Source: Bugula neritina
Lineage: Eukaryota > Animalia > Bryozoa
NCBI GenBank assembly: GCA_964035545.1
Contig: CAXIUT010000192.1
Coordinates: 1-31,043 of the forward strand
Direction: 5' to 3'
DNA length: 31,043 nucleotides
Part shown: one piece after another, positions 1 through 12,860 of the stretch
Layout: the number at the start of each line of letters is the position of its first letter
How positions within the stretch are numbered: the stretch's first letter is position 1
Made by a program: the position numbers and the translations under genes
The notes under the pieces: model-generated
The model's database searches: none
What the model was told of the DNA's origin: nothing
The model's input: the letters and a program-made list of their open reading frames with translations, nothing else

Positions 1-81
1 CCCAACCCCAACCCCAACCCCAACCCCAACCCCAACCCCAACCCCAACCCCAACCCCAACCCCAACCCCAACCCCAACCCC
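1..81 (+). repeat. Left telomere, (CCCCAA)n
   Basis: Perfect C4A2 hexamer array at the sequence start; ciliate macronuclear telomere type. Confidence 0.99.
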
Positions 82-130
82 ATTATCATGAATATCAAAT
101 TACAATTAGATTAATTTCAATATTATCATA

Positions 131-565
131 TCACAATAGATTGATTAATTATTTTTCCAAGAAATAACCTGCTCCTCCATTGATAGTTCCCAGTATAACT
201 CCTGCTCTAAAACCTATAAAACAAGACCCCCAACTAAATCCTTTTCCTACCCTACCCACACCATTCTCTCCAACTGCCCCTTGCCATCATGTCCCATAAT
301 ACGACCATGCAGATATATATTGCTGTTCTTTTAATATAAAATCGCTATGAATCAACTTTTTTATTTTTTTAATAAGCAAGAAAAGCTCTTCCTAAAGGCG
401 AGATAGTTCCATGAAGCTTGAATAGATGATGTATACATTATGATAAAACACTTTCTTGCGAACTGTTAATATCAAAGCTAGAATAGTGGCGTTAAAGAGA
501 CAATCTGAAACGATTTGACCCTTGATATATTCAGTGTTATTAATCATACTATGCTATTTTATCAT
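131..565 (-). pseudogene. Subtelomeric ORF with internal TGA and glycine-rich hydrophobic C-terminal segment; possibly decayed gene
   Basis: ATG at 565 is open to TGA at 289-287. The same frame then continues WQGAVGENGVGRVGKGFSWGSCFIGFRAGVILGTINGGAGYFLEKELINLL to TGA at 133-131. Upstream (566-1000) shows only broken frames. No family recognised. Confidence 0.3.
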
Positions 566-1260
566 TTAAAAATTATTTATGGATATCTATGGATATCAGG
601 TGAGCATCTTATTTTGTCAACCCATCTTCATCAACTTTTCTTTGATATTTATTCGAATGCTAACTTTTTTTATTTTTAGTAGTTTTCATGCCTTCTCTTT
701 CGAGATTTATCAATTAATTCATATTTATTGTGTTAGTATATTTCGCCTTAGTTTTATTGATCATTTTATAAATGAACTTTGATAACTTATCTCTAGACAG
801 ACATATGATAGATAGAATTCATCTACTGCATATAGACTTGTTTTATTTTAAAATGTATTTTTCGATAGTTTATTTTATTTCTGACTTTGTAAAGAATTTT
901 TCATAAAAAAACTCATTTTATTGACAGCATTTTTTGATAGATTTGTATCAATATCATTGTTTTTGTTTTGAATTCAAATTATTCTCAATTATTCTTTGGG
1001 ATTGAATTGAAGATTAACTTTAACAGTTTTTTTTTTTTAAATTCCTTTTGGAAATAAACTTTAAAGTTGGTATTAATTTTTATTTTTTCTGATAAATAAA
1101 GTCAAAAACATCAATTTTTCTATTTAAATTGATTAAAACAAAGAATATGAGTATATAGTTGTTTCTAAAAGATGCCAAGACTGATCCAAACAGTCTTAAA
1201 GCATATTTTTAATCCTTTCATTGATTATATTTTAATCAAATTATAATAATTATCAATTCT

Positions 1261-1714
1261 ATGTGCTAAAGCTCTAAAGAAAATGCAAACAGATCTCATT
1301 AAAAGTATTTTGCCGTCTATCAAGAAAAGAGAAAAACTGATAGAATAAGTATTTAAAAAGAACATCTCCATACATAGCTCAGCTAAGAAAATAGGCATCA
1401 AATATTCAACTGCAAAAGCTATAGCTAAACGTTTTAGAGAAACAGGGGTCCTCAAAGCCAGAAGTAAGCCAATTCCAGAACAAATTGTTGAAATTATCAA
1501 ATAAGAAGTTGAATAAGTTGTAATTAAGCACTAGGAAATAAGTTAACATCCCTCTTCTTCTCCTTAAAATCCTCAATAATCTTAAAACCCTCCTTTTATT
1601 CCTTAAAACCCTCCTTTTATTCCTTAAAACCAATGGAATTACTGCTACCCCAACCACAATCCTTATCCATGGCCTTTGAACCCCTTGATGCCCTTTATGT
1701 TTAATTGGAGATGA
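1261..1714 (+). CDS. Helix-turn-helix protein (homeodomain-like / Tc1-IS630-type HTH) with Pro-rich tail
   Basis: Frame from 1325 reads KREKLIEEVFKKNISIHSSAKKIGIKYSTAKAIAKRFRETG, ending ...PWPLNPLMPFMFNWR-TGA at 1712-1714. Start is uncertain: ATG 1261 with a 20-nt intron at 1305-1324 plus one missing A near 1277, or in-frame ATG 1283 or 1172 with no intron. Confidence 0.7.
1581..1631 (+). repeat. 21-bp tandem repeat, about 2.4 copies, coding (ENPPFIP)n
   Basis: CTTAAAACCCTCCTTTTATTC repeated twice plus a partial copy, inside the HTH gene tail. Confidence 0.9.
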
Positions 1715-2594
1715 TAATGATGATTCTTATCTCTATATTCTATTAAACTTCAAAAAATAAATAAATGAGAAAAGTTAAAATACCACATAGTGAATGAATT
1801 ACGCTTCAAAAGAACTTAAAGTTCATCTTGCGAAAGTTTTGTTTTTTATATAATTTTTTTTTTGCAAAATACACTTGATTCAGACGAAAATCAGAGATAA
1901 CTGCACAGATTTAACTCGTAATTATCATCTAAAATCTCAATAGATTTTTATAAATTCTTAGCCTAGCTATTTTATAAGTTATTTTTATCAACATCAAGAT
2001 AAAGTTTTTACAATAGATAATAAATATTTTCCAACTTCATTTTTATTTTCTCTATCCTCTCAAATTAAGATTTTTAAAGTTAGATTGAAAATGTTATTGT
2101 TTAATTTGTTTTGTTTCTTATAAACATCTTCGGAACAACTGATATTTGATCTTTGATAAAAAAATCCAGAAAAAGCGAAGTTTGAGTGCATCCTATCTAG
2201 AAAAATTATTCTTTGATATCAGTTGCTTTCATAACTTTCTATTTTCAATCATATTTTTTTTTTATTGCTAATGAATTCAATGAAATATTCCATCAACCAT
2301 TTCGTCTAATCTGAGCCATTCTAAGAAACAATGTCAAATTAAGGCATAAATAAAGATATTTTGATGATAAAATGCCTCATACAAAAAGAACTGTTGATGT
2401 TTTCTAGATAGATTTTTGAATTATTCCTATGTTGACTACAGAAGGAAGTATTTCTAAAAGAAATAAAAGATTTTTTTTTGTTCAATGAACAACATTTATT
2501 AGGAATAAAATACTTTTGAGCCAAAGAATTGTTTTTTTGTGGTTCTTTTATTTCCTCATTATTTCAATAACAACTTTTGATAAAATAATAAAAT

Positions 2595-4965
2595 ATGGGA
2601 GTATTTTAAAGCTGTGAATGCGATAATGGAATGAAGCTCATGCTAGACTAACGTCTCTTCCATAACTCAATAGGCCAACGCTACTCATCATAAGACTATT
2701 TCTTCAAACAATCAAATCTCAAACTCTATGGAGATCTATTGTACAAAAAAGGAAACAGAACAGAGTTTGTATTACAAACTTTTTATACCAATCGAGGTTC
2801 GAGAGTAGTCAATCATAGTTTCAAAATATTTTAGACAGCTCAATCTTTTCTTCAATAGAAAGGAAATAAAATAAAAATAGAAACTCCTGTTTCAGATCCC
2901 AATAACTTTGGTTCACAATTTTTGATAGGTAAAATATTAGGAAAACCCAATTAAGTCGTCATTAAATATGTCTCATTCAATCGCTATGAATAATAAAAAT
3001 TCAAACAAGCCTTATATGAGGTCACTATGCTACAAAAATGTTTAACTTTTGACAGCAATCGATACGGATATACCTATAACTAAGCATTTATCGTATAATC
3101 AGGCTTAAACAAAGATAGTCAAGATAAATGTTTGATAGTATTCGGATAAAATGCTTCTGCTTCTTAGCTGAAATCATTCAATATCGCAAAATGGGTAAAA
3201 GTTCATGGACAGAACAACAATACATCTCTCTTTGTTTCAATCTTATCAGAAATGTACACTAACTGCATAAACTCAACATCGCCCATCGAGATATCAGACC
3301 TCATCACTTCGTTTATAATGAAAATAAGAAGACTTTCGTTCTAGGAGGACTATAAAATTCTACTTTAATTGAAAATGATACTAAAATTGGATATAACCTC
3401 TGTGGAGTCCCATACTATCTTCCACCTAAATTAATAGGAATTGGAAAAAGGGAAGATTTCTCATAATACTATAGCTATAATCCATTCAAAGCTGATATCT
3501 ATGCTCTGGGAGTGACTCTCTTGAACTGTCTATTTTTAGATATGTTTACATCTCCTCAAATTTTAGCAGATTCTTTGAAAAAATACTTTTCTAAGTGGAG
3601 CTTTCTGCGTTGGATAAAAGAAATGATAGGAGACAATCCTCCTCGTTTGGATTAAGTCCTTACAGCTATCGGAACTAATGAGTCAGTCTTAGAGGAGAGA
3701 TCAATCATATAGTCAATGCGTTTTCGTATGAAACCTCAAGATAACGAGTTTGTCAGCCGCAAGAAGATGATAGCTTAAAGTTACTACAGCATGTTCATGT
3801 ATGACCAATGGTTCGAATAAATCAATTAAGTAGTCAACTACTACTAAATGAATAAAAACTACATGCAGCTCGGAGACGTATATAAGCAGATAGCTGATAT
3901 TTATCATGATCACGACTAACTCTAAGGTATTATCAATAATATATAGCCATGCATCAACATTATGGTAAAGCTGGTACAACATACTTGAATATCAGTCAAG
4001 AATGTATGGATGAAAATAAAATCGATGAGGGAATAAAGTATCTTTAAAAAGGAATATAATGTAATAGAAAGGATAAAGAGGGCAACCTAATCATTAGTTG
4101 GCTTTCTTGCTTAATAAACTTGCATTAGCCTATCATAAAAAAGGAGATTATTAGATTGCCAGAGCATTCCAAGAAGAATGTCAAGATATCATTTCACAGT
4201 ATCAATAATTTTATGAAGAGTTTATGGAACCAATAGTCACTATTATGCTTAAATGCTCATTGATTCAGCTAAAATATAATCATAGTTTCAAGAGTTCAAA
4301 CAGGCTTAAAATATGCTTAAAGCTGGACTTAAAATCATGGATAAGCAAAGAGATGAAACATCATAGCACAATAAAGTTAAAGTCCGACTCTTATAATCAC
4401 TAGGATTTAACTATCGCATGAAAGCTTTGTAAAGAAAAGAGAAAAGCTAAATATATAGAAAAAAAGGAGAATAATGTCTTCTTGATGCTTTGCAAATAGC
4501 CTAAAGCGGATAAGGAAATATAAATCCTCTAGTAGGTTCAGTGATGAAAGAACTAGGCAATATCTACTTCGACCGCCGTGATTTTTAGAAGGCAAAAAAG
4601 ACCTACTAAAGGTAAACTATCATAGATATAGATCTTTGATTATCAAACAGCATATTAATGGCAAAAGATAAACAATAGAAGTAGGATAATGTCTTACTTA
4701 TTTAGCCAACTCATAGAAATGTCTCAAATAATACGACAAAGCAATTAAACACTACGACTAAGCCATTGAAGTCTTCAGAAGAGCCTACGGAAATGATCAC
4801 AACGAAAACACAGCAGTAGCTATTGGCAATCTTGGTCTAGTTTATAAATAAATCGGACAAAGATAGCAATAGCATGAATACTTATCTCTAGCTAAAACAA
4901 TTTTAAAAGACCTCTATGGCGAGCAATGCCCCGATTACTTATATTTCGATCGCCAGAGCAGTTGA
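2595..4965 (+). CDS. Protein kinase-like (probable pseudokinase) with C-terminal TPR repeats
   Basis: N-terminus MGVFESCEC; kinase motifs VVIK, LHKLNIAHRDIRPHHF, CGVPYYLPP, YNPFKADIYALGVT. TPRs such as LAFLLNKLALAYHKKGDYEIA, MKELGNIYFDRRDFEKAKKTYERSL, TAVAIGNLGLVYKEIG. 20-nt introns at 3927-3946, 4199-4218 and 4612-4631. Frame breaks at about 3164 and at 4061-4082. TGA at 4963-4965. Confidence 0.88.
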
Positions 4966-5022
4966 TGATTTCATTATTTATCACTTATAATCTAATATAT
5001 AAATCAATATAACTAAAATAAC

Positions 5023-6402
5023 ATGCCAAAACAGGTAATCGTCAACATGTCATCTAAATATCCTTCGGAGAATGTTCATAAGGTGATGACCAATCGATTC
5101 GAGTACTAGTACGTCATCAACTCCCTTGGGAAGATTAGCATTAATCAATGCTTTAGAAAGCATATTTTTTTAGAAAATTAAATCATGCTTGTATTGTTCG
5201 TTTAGAACAGATTCTCTAAGAAGAAGAATGTATGCATTTATTGTATGAATATGTACCAATATGTATGCAGACTTGGATATCGAATATTAATTAAAAATTT
5301 ATTGAAGGATTTTGTAGGCAATTAATCTAATTAGGAGAATATTTATCTAAATGTTATATCAAAACCACGCTTAAGCTATAAAACGTAGGAATGGACTAAA
5401 ATTATAGACCTAAATATTTTTTAGATTTTGATTTTGAAATAGATGAGAGAATAGATAAAACCTCACTTAAAAATGGATACCATCAACAGATTTTAAATTT
5501 ATTTCGACCATATGTAAACAACAAAATAGTACCTAAAACATACAGACCAAAATAAATCAATTATACAAATGATAATATGCTAGTATTACAACATTATAAA
5601 GGAGATACTGTATCAACAAATGGTAATAAGTTGAGAGAGAAAGCTGTAGCTTTACAAAAATAAAGAAAAAATTAAAGTATTAATGTCATGAGTAATCAAT
5701 GGGATATCATGCCTCAATAAAAAAATAGAAAACAATCCATCCTATCATCTGTTTCTAATGTTAAAATCAATCGACTTGGAAGAAGAATAGACGAAATCAA
5801 AAATAAATTAAGAGGCATCTACAGTCCAGAACATGTTAATATCAGATACGATTAAAGAAGTATCTAAAAAAAACCTACTTCTATTGCCTTCAATTGGGAC
5901 ACCACATAAAAAATATATCCTAATGTTAAAACCTAAATAGTCAAACCTCAAAATATATGTAAAGCTGTTTTCAAAGAACTTCAGCAAGAGTAAAGCATTT
6001 TTCAAAAGTTTTAAAGAATTTAGCTAAACAACTAACCAAAGAACTTCCTCTAAAAAAAAATTAATCTCTAAAATAAAAATAATACTAACAAATGAAACAA
6101 TCAGATGATGGATATTTTAAAGACTTTTTCAATGTTCTTAAGATAAACCTAAAAGTCAACTATCTATTGAATCACATCCTCATAATTTTGGATATTAGTC
6201 ATTAAATTATGAATCTCCTTCTCCGACAACACCCATCACCATGTATGAATACCAAGATATGCCATAAACTCCTCATTTAGGAAAAAATCAATCAATGTAA
6301 AAAAATAAAGATAAAAAAGATATTTCACAACTATAAAATCGAGTCAAAAATATCATCAATAAAAGTAAAAAATTAATTAATCAGTTTAAAGCCGATAAAT
6401 GA
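5023..6402 (+). CDS. Hypothetical protein with degenerate kinase-like N-terminal region
   Basis: ATG 5023, 20-nt intron 5191-5210, then ECMHLLYEYVPICMQTW (kinase hinge-like) and a long open frame. Frame in 5900-6130 is ambiguous; the likely stop is TGA 6400-6402. Confidence 0.6.
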
Positions 6403-6483
6403 GTTATTAATATGTTTAATATCGTGATATTTATTCAAATTTTTATCAATAAGTATTATATTTATATAAATAAAATAATCAAG

Positions 6484-7806
6484 TCAATAGACCTGTAAAT
6501 CCTTTAATTATACAGCTTTTTCCTTTTTGTTTAACCATTAAAACTGATTCTCCACCTAACCGACTATCAGCTTTAGAGTTTGTCTTTGCTGCAGTTTATA
6601 AAGGTAAATTAAAAATATTTATCTACTTTACTTCTTTTTCTTCACTCTTAAACACCTCTTATACCTATTAGATTTATCACCTTCTAGATCTTTAACAGGA
6701 GTTCTTGGAGTCTTATTTCCTTTTACTTTTTAATACAAAGTGGCCAACCCATCAAAATTTGGTTGCAATTTAGTTTCCAAAATATCAAAATGCCAAACAT
6801 TAGATAGAACCACTCCTCGATTAATATCAAGTACCCATTCTAGCTCTAACCTTTTAACCAGTCTAAAATGTCTGACTTCCATATAAGCCACTATCTACAA
6901 ACTTACTATCATAGAATATTTTATATAATCTTCATTTTTCATAAGTTATAATTTATACTCCTCCAAATCGCTTTTGATTGTCTACCATCCATTCATGTAA
7001 TTAAATATTTTTTTATATTTATTAATAACCTAAGCTTCACCTTAATTTTACCCTAATTTCGTATAATTTGTAAGAATCGGTGAGTTGTTCTTATTAGTTT
7101 GGCATAATATCTTGATATAAACCAAATCTTTCATATTGAATGAATAGTTTACATACTACAAAGACTAAGAAAAGTTCAATTATTGCTAAGAACCATTACG
7201 ATTGTATATTATGCAAAAAGGTTTCTTTTAGAGTTAGCCATTACGTCGATAATTCGCCTATGGGCTTACTTTTATCTTTCGTACTAAAGGACATGATTGA
7301 TGGCTCACTCCACTTAGTATACTAGGCATATACTATTTTTGCTAAAGAGCATGTATAGTATTTCTGGCTGTATTTTTACCTTAATCTAGTAAAGTTTAAG
7401 CAAGTTTATTTCTCAATTTAGAGAAATGAATATGACTGAGCCAATACCTAATTCTATTTGCATTGAATTGAGTCTTCAAAAGAATTAATTTATTTGTCTG
7501 ATATGCCACATGCAAAGATGCCCCATCAATAATAAGATACCCAGAAATATCAATATCCACTCCTTTAGCGACATAACTCAGAAAAGGATAAAGATAATGC
7601 ATCGGTTTGTAAATTGTCTTCACCGATAAATCTACAAACTTGTTTTTTGTTCCCTTCATATTGTTTCTAAAATGGCTTTTAGTGTATTAAAGCTTCTATC
7701 CTTAAGTCTATTATGAAAAGATATTGAATATTATCTCTCGAGATACTTTACTGACTTCGTTACGGACTGGATGGACCTTTCGTTTCGATGCTCGTAATCT
7801 GTTCAT
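6484..7806 (-). CDS. Hypothetical protein, about 440 aa
   Basis: Continuous TGA-free frame from ATG 7806 (MNRLRASKRKVHPVR...) to TGA 6486-6484; 1323 nt, divisible by 3; includes track ORF 7396-7659. No family recognised. Confidence 0.7.
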
Positions 7807-7866
7807 AACTTTATTTATAACATTGTATAAATACTATCAATCAATAAAGATAAAACTATCAAATTA

Positions 7867-9547
7867 TCATATCCTGTTACGAGACATAGTAGTATTTTGC
7901 CTTATTTTCCTTTAAGTCACATTGCCAAGTCCTTTTTATTTTTTCTATAACTGCTGAGCTCTCATTTTTGTACTTTAAACTATTGATAAAGATTGTCTTT
8001 ATCGAGCTTTCATTCTTTAATTTATTTTAGGATTTCCTCCATATTCTTATAAAAAGTAACAATCGTCCTATTCAGCTGTATAGTATTTAGTTGGATTAAA
8101 ATGTTTCAATTTTAAGTGCTAAAGAGTTATTTTCTATAACATCTGCCAACTAACTTCTCCTTCTTTATATTATATTTTAGGAGTCACATTTTTAGCCTTT
8201 TATTCATGTTTTTTAACTTGTTCTATTTTATGATCTTTCACTGCTTACATTCTTTATTTTTTAGCTTATCTTCTCTTTCTAGAATTTTATTATTCAGCTC
8301 TTGCCTTTTCATTGCTCGGCTTAGGAATAGGTCTTTCCTTTAGTTTCTATTTTTTAGAATTCATTTTTTATTTTAACTTTTGAAGTCCTAAATAAAATAT
8401 AATTTACTTTATTATTATTCTGCTTGGGCCGCTTGAAGTTTTGATTCTGATAGAGTTTTTCCACTTGATTATTTTTCAGAGTGCTGATGAACAATATAAC
8501 CTGGAATAGCTAGTGCAGTCAATTTATTTTTATAAAGTTCAACATTATCAATTTTTAATATTTGATAATAATATTAAATTTTTTCTTATTTCGATATTTC
8601 CAACAAGTGTTAAAATTCATCTTGTTTTAATTTTACAACTTATTACGCTTCAGCATTTTATCTTTTAGCTTTCTAAGCTACTTCTCTAACCTATTAATTT
8701 GGGTCTTCTAAATCTTAATTGTTCATTAACTCATTTACTAAATCATCATTTTCATTATTTTAGATTGGTACTTCATCTTTTTACTTTTATTTTTTTGTCT
8801 ATTTATCTTTTTTCTTTTATTCTTATTTCTTTTATTCTTATTATTCTTATTCATTTTATTAATTGTCTTCGTTTTAATTATCCTATTCTTCCTAATTATT
8901 CTAAGAAACATTTTTCTATTGATATCCAAGTTTTTTTCTTCTTTTCCTTTAATTTTCCTCTTTAATTTTCTTTATTCTTAAGTAGTTCTATTCTTGTTTT
9001 TTAAAATAGTTCTACTTTTAGTCCCAATAAAGCAAAGCCAACTTCTACAAACAATGAATAAACTCTTAAAAAGATAATTCTCTCGCATTAGATGATACTT
9101 TTTTGAAGATGGTAATAATTGAAGTTTTTTATAAAACTTATCTATTTTTATTATCAATTTCAGCAGAAGATAATTAAAAATCTTTAAGAAAAAGGAAAAA
9201 CCTTTCCATAGTCATATGATTTTTTTCATACTATAATCTATCAAATGTCATATGCTTTCCAGTTTTATAAACTTGAACACAATAATGTTTAAATATCTAT
9301 TCCAAGTGATTTAACCTAACTAAACTCAAATCTCCTGTTTTCTTAATTAATTTTGTTCTTAATCTTAAAGTCTGTAAATATTTTTAGTTAAGTTCAATCA
9401 ATTTTTTATCTTAGGAATTATCTTTATTTTCATTTTAAAGTCGATTTATCTAAGAATGAATACTATTAAGTAGTTCCTGACGTTATTGAGGAGTTCTTAG
9501 TTATATAATAGTTACTTAGGTAAAGTTACAGCAACTTTTGCTTTCAT
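7867..9547 (-). CDS. Coiled-coil protein with EF-hand-like N-terminal region
   Basis: ATG 9547; 20-nt introns 9515-9496 and 8407-8388 give 1641 nt, divisible by 3. Contains TFDRLEYEKNHMTMERFFLFLKDF and IFKKVSSNARELSFEEF, then a long E/K-rich coil; ends TTMSRNRI-TGA. Confidence 0.72.
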
Positions 9548-9608
9548 AGTTTTATTATAATTATCATTCTCAATAAATAGCAATCGATAAAATATCAAGT
9601 TGTACTAA

Positions 9609-10796
9609 TCATTTGTTATTATTATTATAAACAGATTAAACCAACTGATTATTTGTTTAATCTTCCTTAAGACTATAAGTTATCTTATGTCTAAAAAATG
9701 AAGAATTATAAACAGTTTTCTTTTATGAATTTATTAAATGAACATTGAATCTTTGTATCCTTTTTTATTATATCTGGTCAATTATAGTTAGACTCTTTGT
9801 GTTACGTATGAACTTTTTGCTCCTTGATCTTTTTAAAATTGCTTATAATAATCTTTTCTATCATTTTATCTTTATTCTTTGAATTATTTGTACATTATTT
9901 ATCTTTAACTTTATTTTGCACTAAAATATCTCTTATACCAACTTTAGGTTTATACTTTTGTTATATGCTTACTAAACAGTTTATTATCATATTTTCTAGC
10001 TTTTTCTATTAGTTATTTCATTGATATATTTTATTGAATGTATTTTTATGTTTTAAGTTCCTAAATAATTGAATAAAATTCATCTTAAAATCGATTTTTA
10101 CTTTTCTATAATAATAAGGGTTCAATCATTTCCATAATAGCAAGTGCTATTTTAACACAAGCAAATTATTTTTACTACCAAATGAAGGTCAAAATTATTT
10201 TTACTGATTATATAGGAAAAGAATATATAAACATACATAAAAACCATTGAAAAATCCATAATTAATCTGGTAGTTTAAGATCTTGAATTTTATTAGAAAA
10301 ATCAGGCGATTTTTAATAGAAAACTTTCCAAAATAATTAACAATATAGCTTAACCAAAAGAAATTAATCTTCATATAATCCAAAAAACATTAACTTAGGA
10401 TGAGTTGTAATCGCTATAAACATCTTAATAACTTAAAGTTTATTCATTTTTTACAACAGAAAATATCCAACCAGAAAGTTAATACCTTGAATATATCCTA
10501 TTTTTGGAAAATACAAAGCAAGTTCTTATAAACACTACCTAAATATCAACTGATTTTGCTCTTTATTAAAATCAGGTTAAAGAGGATATGTTCTATCAAT
10601 ATCTTTTGTGATTTGTTAAAAGGAAGGGTGTGTAATTTTTTTATTTTATTTAATTATTGGATTGTATATGATCCTATTGATACTGAGATAAGTAAACCAC
10701 TTTTCTTTTAATGTTATTTTTTTTTTGAGTCGGCATTGAATCATAATATTATCTTTATTTTCTTTAATTTTAACTTTAACCCAAACAACTTCCCAT
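9609..10796 (-). CDS. TBC-domain Rab GTPase-activating protein
   Basis: Arg-finger QITKDIDRTYP and Gln-finger GYIQGINFLVGYFL, then LWIFQWFLCMFIYSFP. Start is either in-frame ATG 10744 or ATG 10796 (MGSCLG, needing an indel in an A10 run). The 3' end (about 9595-9611) is uncertain. Confidence 0.85.
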
Positions 10797-10926
10797 TCTA
10801 TTGATTTAACTTGTTATTATAACTGTGTTTATAAACTTCAAAAAATAGAACTAGTAAAAATATCAATCAAATTAGATATTATTTTATGGAATAATAACTA
10901 ATTTTTGATATAATATTTAACAAACT

Positions 10927-11807
10927 ATGAAAGTAAAACTAAAATAATCAAATATGAAACAGAAAAACATCATACTGCCTAAATTAAAAGAAAAAGAATA
11001 TAAACATATATCAAGAATCAAATCAGTCAATAAAAGTTTGCCTAAAATATCAACATAAATAGAATCAAGTAAGGTCATCAAACGTCAATCAAATCGAGAA
11101 TAAAGATCAAGAATTAAAATAAAATGAAAGACATATTGAAAAAACAGAAACGCTTTGCTTCTCCTATCAGTTTCCATTAAAATAAATTTTAGAAATAGTT
11201 AAAAGAAGGTAATTACACGAATAGCTTCAATCGATAAATCGAAAAAAATTTACTACAAATTAGAAAAGATAAAAAAGATAAGAAAAAAATATAAATTATA
11301 ACGAGAAGATATTAAACTTAATAGTATTTATCTTCAAATATTGACTAAAAACTTGAAAAATGTATCACAGAAGAGAATATTTTTAATAAATTAAATAATA
11401 TTATCACCAAGTCAAATTCTCCCTCTTTGTATCTCATATAACAACCAAATAACCCTTCAACTAGTTGCATTATTCCAGAAGAAACAATCTTGAGTGTAGA
11501 GAGATAAATCGAAAAGAAACAAAAACTAAAAAATCGATAAAATAAAGATACGAAAATCAATAAAAGTTTAAAAAATTAATATAAAAATAGAGATAATTAT
11601 CAAGAATGGAGAAAATTATCAATTGATTCTGAGAAAGAAAAGAAAATACATTATAAAACATCGTCTTATGAACAGTAAAGTCAAATAGTGTAAAAAATAA
11701 GAAGTAAAAATTAATTATCACTCCAAAAATATCTATAAAGTAAATCTTATCTCAATACCCTCATTAAATATCAAGGAAATAAATCCAATTTTTCGAAATA
11801 AACATGA
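10927..11807 (+). CDS. Hypothetical Lys/Glu-rich protein
   Basis: Long open frame from about 11124 to TGA 11805-11807. The upstream segment from ATG 10927 joins if one A is added near 11121-11124. Confidence 0.5.
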
Positions 11808-11918
11808 TTTTTTCATTTATCTTTTCTTAAAAATTTCCTTTTTTATCAATATTTTTGATTTATATTTTATCGATAATAATTAATTATAAGTCTATTTTAT
11901 CATTTAAATAGAAGGATT

Positions 11919-12860
11919 TCACTTGGTTCCTGTCTCTTTATCTAATTTTTGACCAAAAAGTCCAGGTGTTATATTAGAATTTCCAAATATATTACCTGTT
12001 TACTTTTTATCCTCAATATTTAAATTACTAAACAATCCTCCAGACGATACAAAAGACATACTTTAAGATCCTTAAGGCTTTTTATCACATATATTATTTT
12101 TATTTCCCATTGAAAATATTATTTTATTTGTTTATGATTTCTGCATTGTCTATGAATTCGAAATATTCGCATTAGCTGATCCAAATAACTTTTTCTCATC
12201 TGATTTTATGTTATCAAGAGTTATTGGCTTTATATTGCTGAAAAGAGATGATGATTGATTGAATGTTAGTGAAGAAGTTTCCCTGAAAATATTACTTTGT
12301 TCTGATTTATTTTTAGGAGCATTCATGGAGAAAATATTTGGTTTGATATTTTTTGGTTCTTCAACTTTAATTGGTTCGATTTTAGAGCTAAAAGTGAGTG
12401 TAGTATTCGACATCTACAAATCTATATTATCGTTTTTAGTTTAAAAAAGTCCTTTGTTTTTAATAGGATCTTATTTTAAAGATATTTTTTATTTTTAGTC
12501 ATTTTTGTTATCTTTTTATTTATCAAGCTCTTTTTATTTTAGTATTTTATTCATTTTTTAATTTTCATACTCTTTTTAAGCATCTTTAATAACTTGTTAA
12601 ATTTTGAATTACTCTGAATTTTCCCATTCTTTTTTTTTCTATTCTCTACCCACTCGATCAGCAATAGCAAAATATCTTTGTTTCCCAAACTATTTATTAA
12701 AATTTTGAGTTTATTCGGCATAAGTATCAATCACAGTTTTGATTATTTAAATATTAGATGGTTTATTTAATGCTAAAAACTTTCTTTTCTGAGCTTATTT
12801 AAACTGTTTGTAACAATTGTTTTGAATCTATTTCGTGTCTTTTATAACAGAATTTATCAT
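11919..12860 (-). CDS. Hypothetical protein with FG/GLF-like low-complexity C-terminus (nucleoporin-like)
   Basis: 942-nt open frame from ATG 12860 to TGA 11921-11919. Charged coil followed by an S/N-rich tail with NIFS, SLFS, LFGS, GGLFSN, NIFGN, GLFGQ. Confidence 0.6.

Noticed and set aside
93-102. TATCAAATTA near both telomeres (also 30919-30928 on the minus strand) as a chromosome-breakage motif
   Set aside because: Distances from the telomeres differ, and the same AT-rich word occurs internally (about 7857 and 21193).
1646-1656. Internal CCCCAACC telomere-like word (also near 227-234)
   Set aside because: Single copies explained by coding sequence (Tyr-Pro-Asn-His; Ser-Trp-Gly on the minus strand). 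Not an array.
1750-2560. Possible minus-strand gene between the HTH and kinase genes
   Set aside because: It has coding-like stretches, but every frame hits TGA repeatedly and no motif, clean start or intron set could be established. It may be a decayed or error-rich gene.
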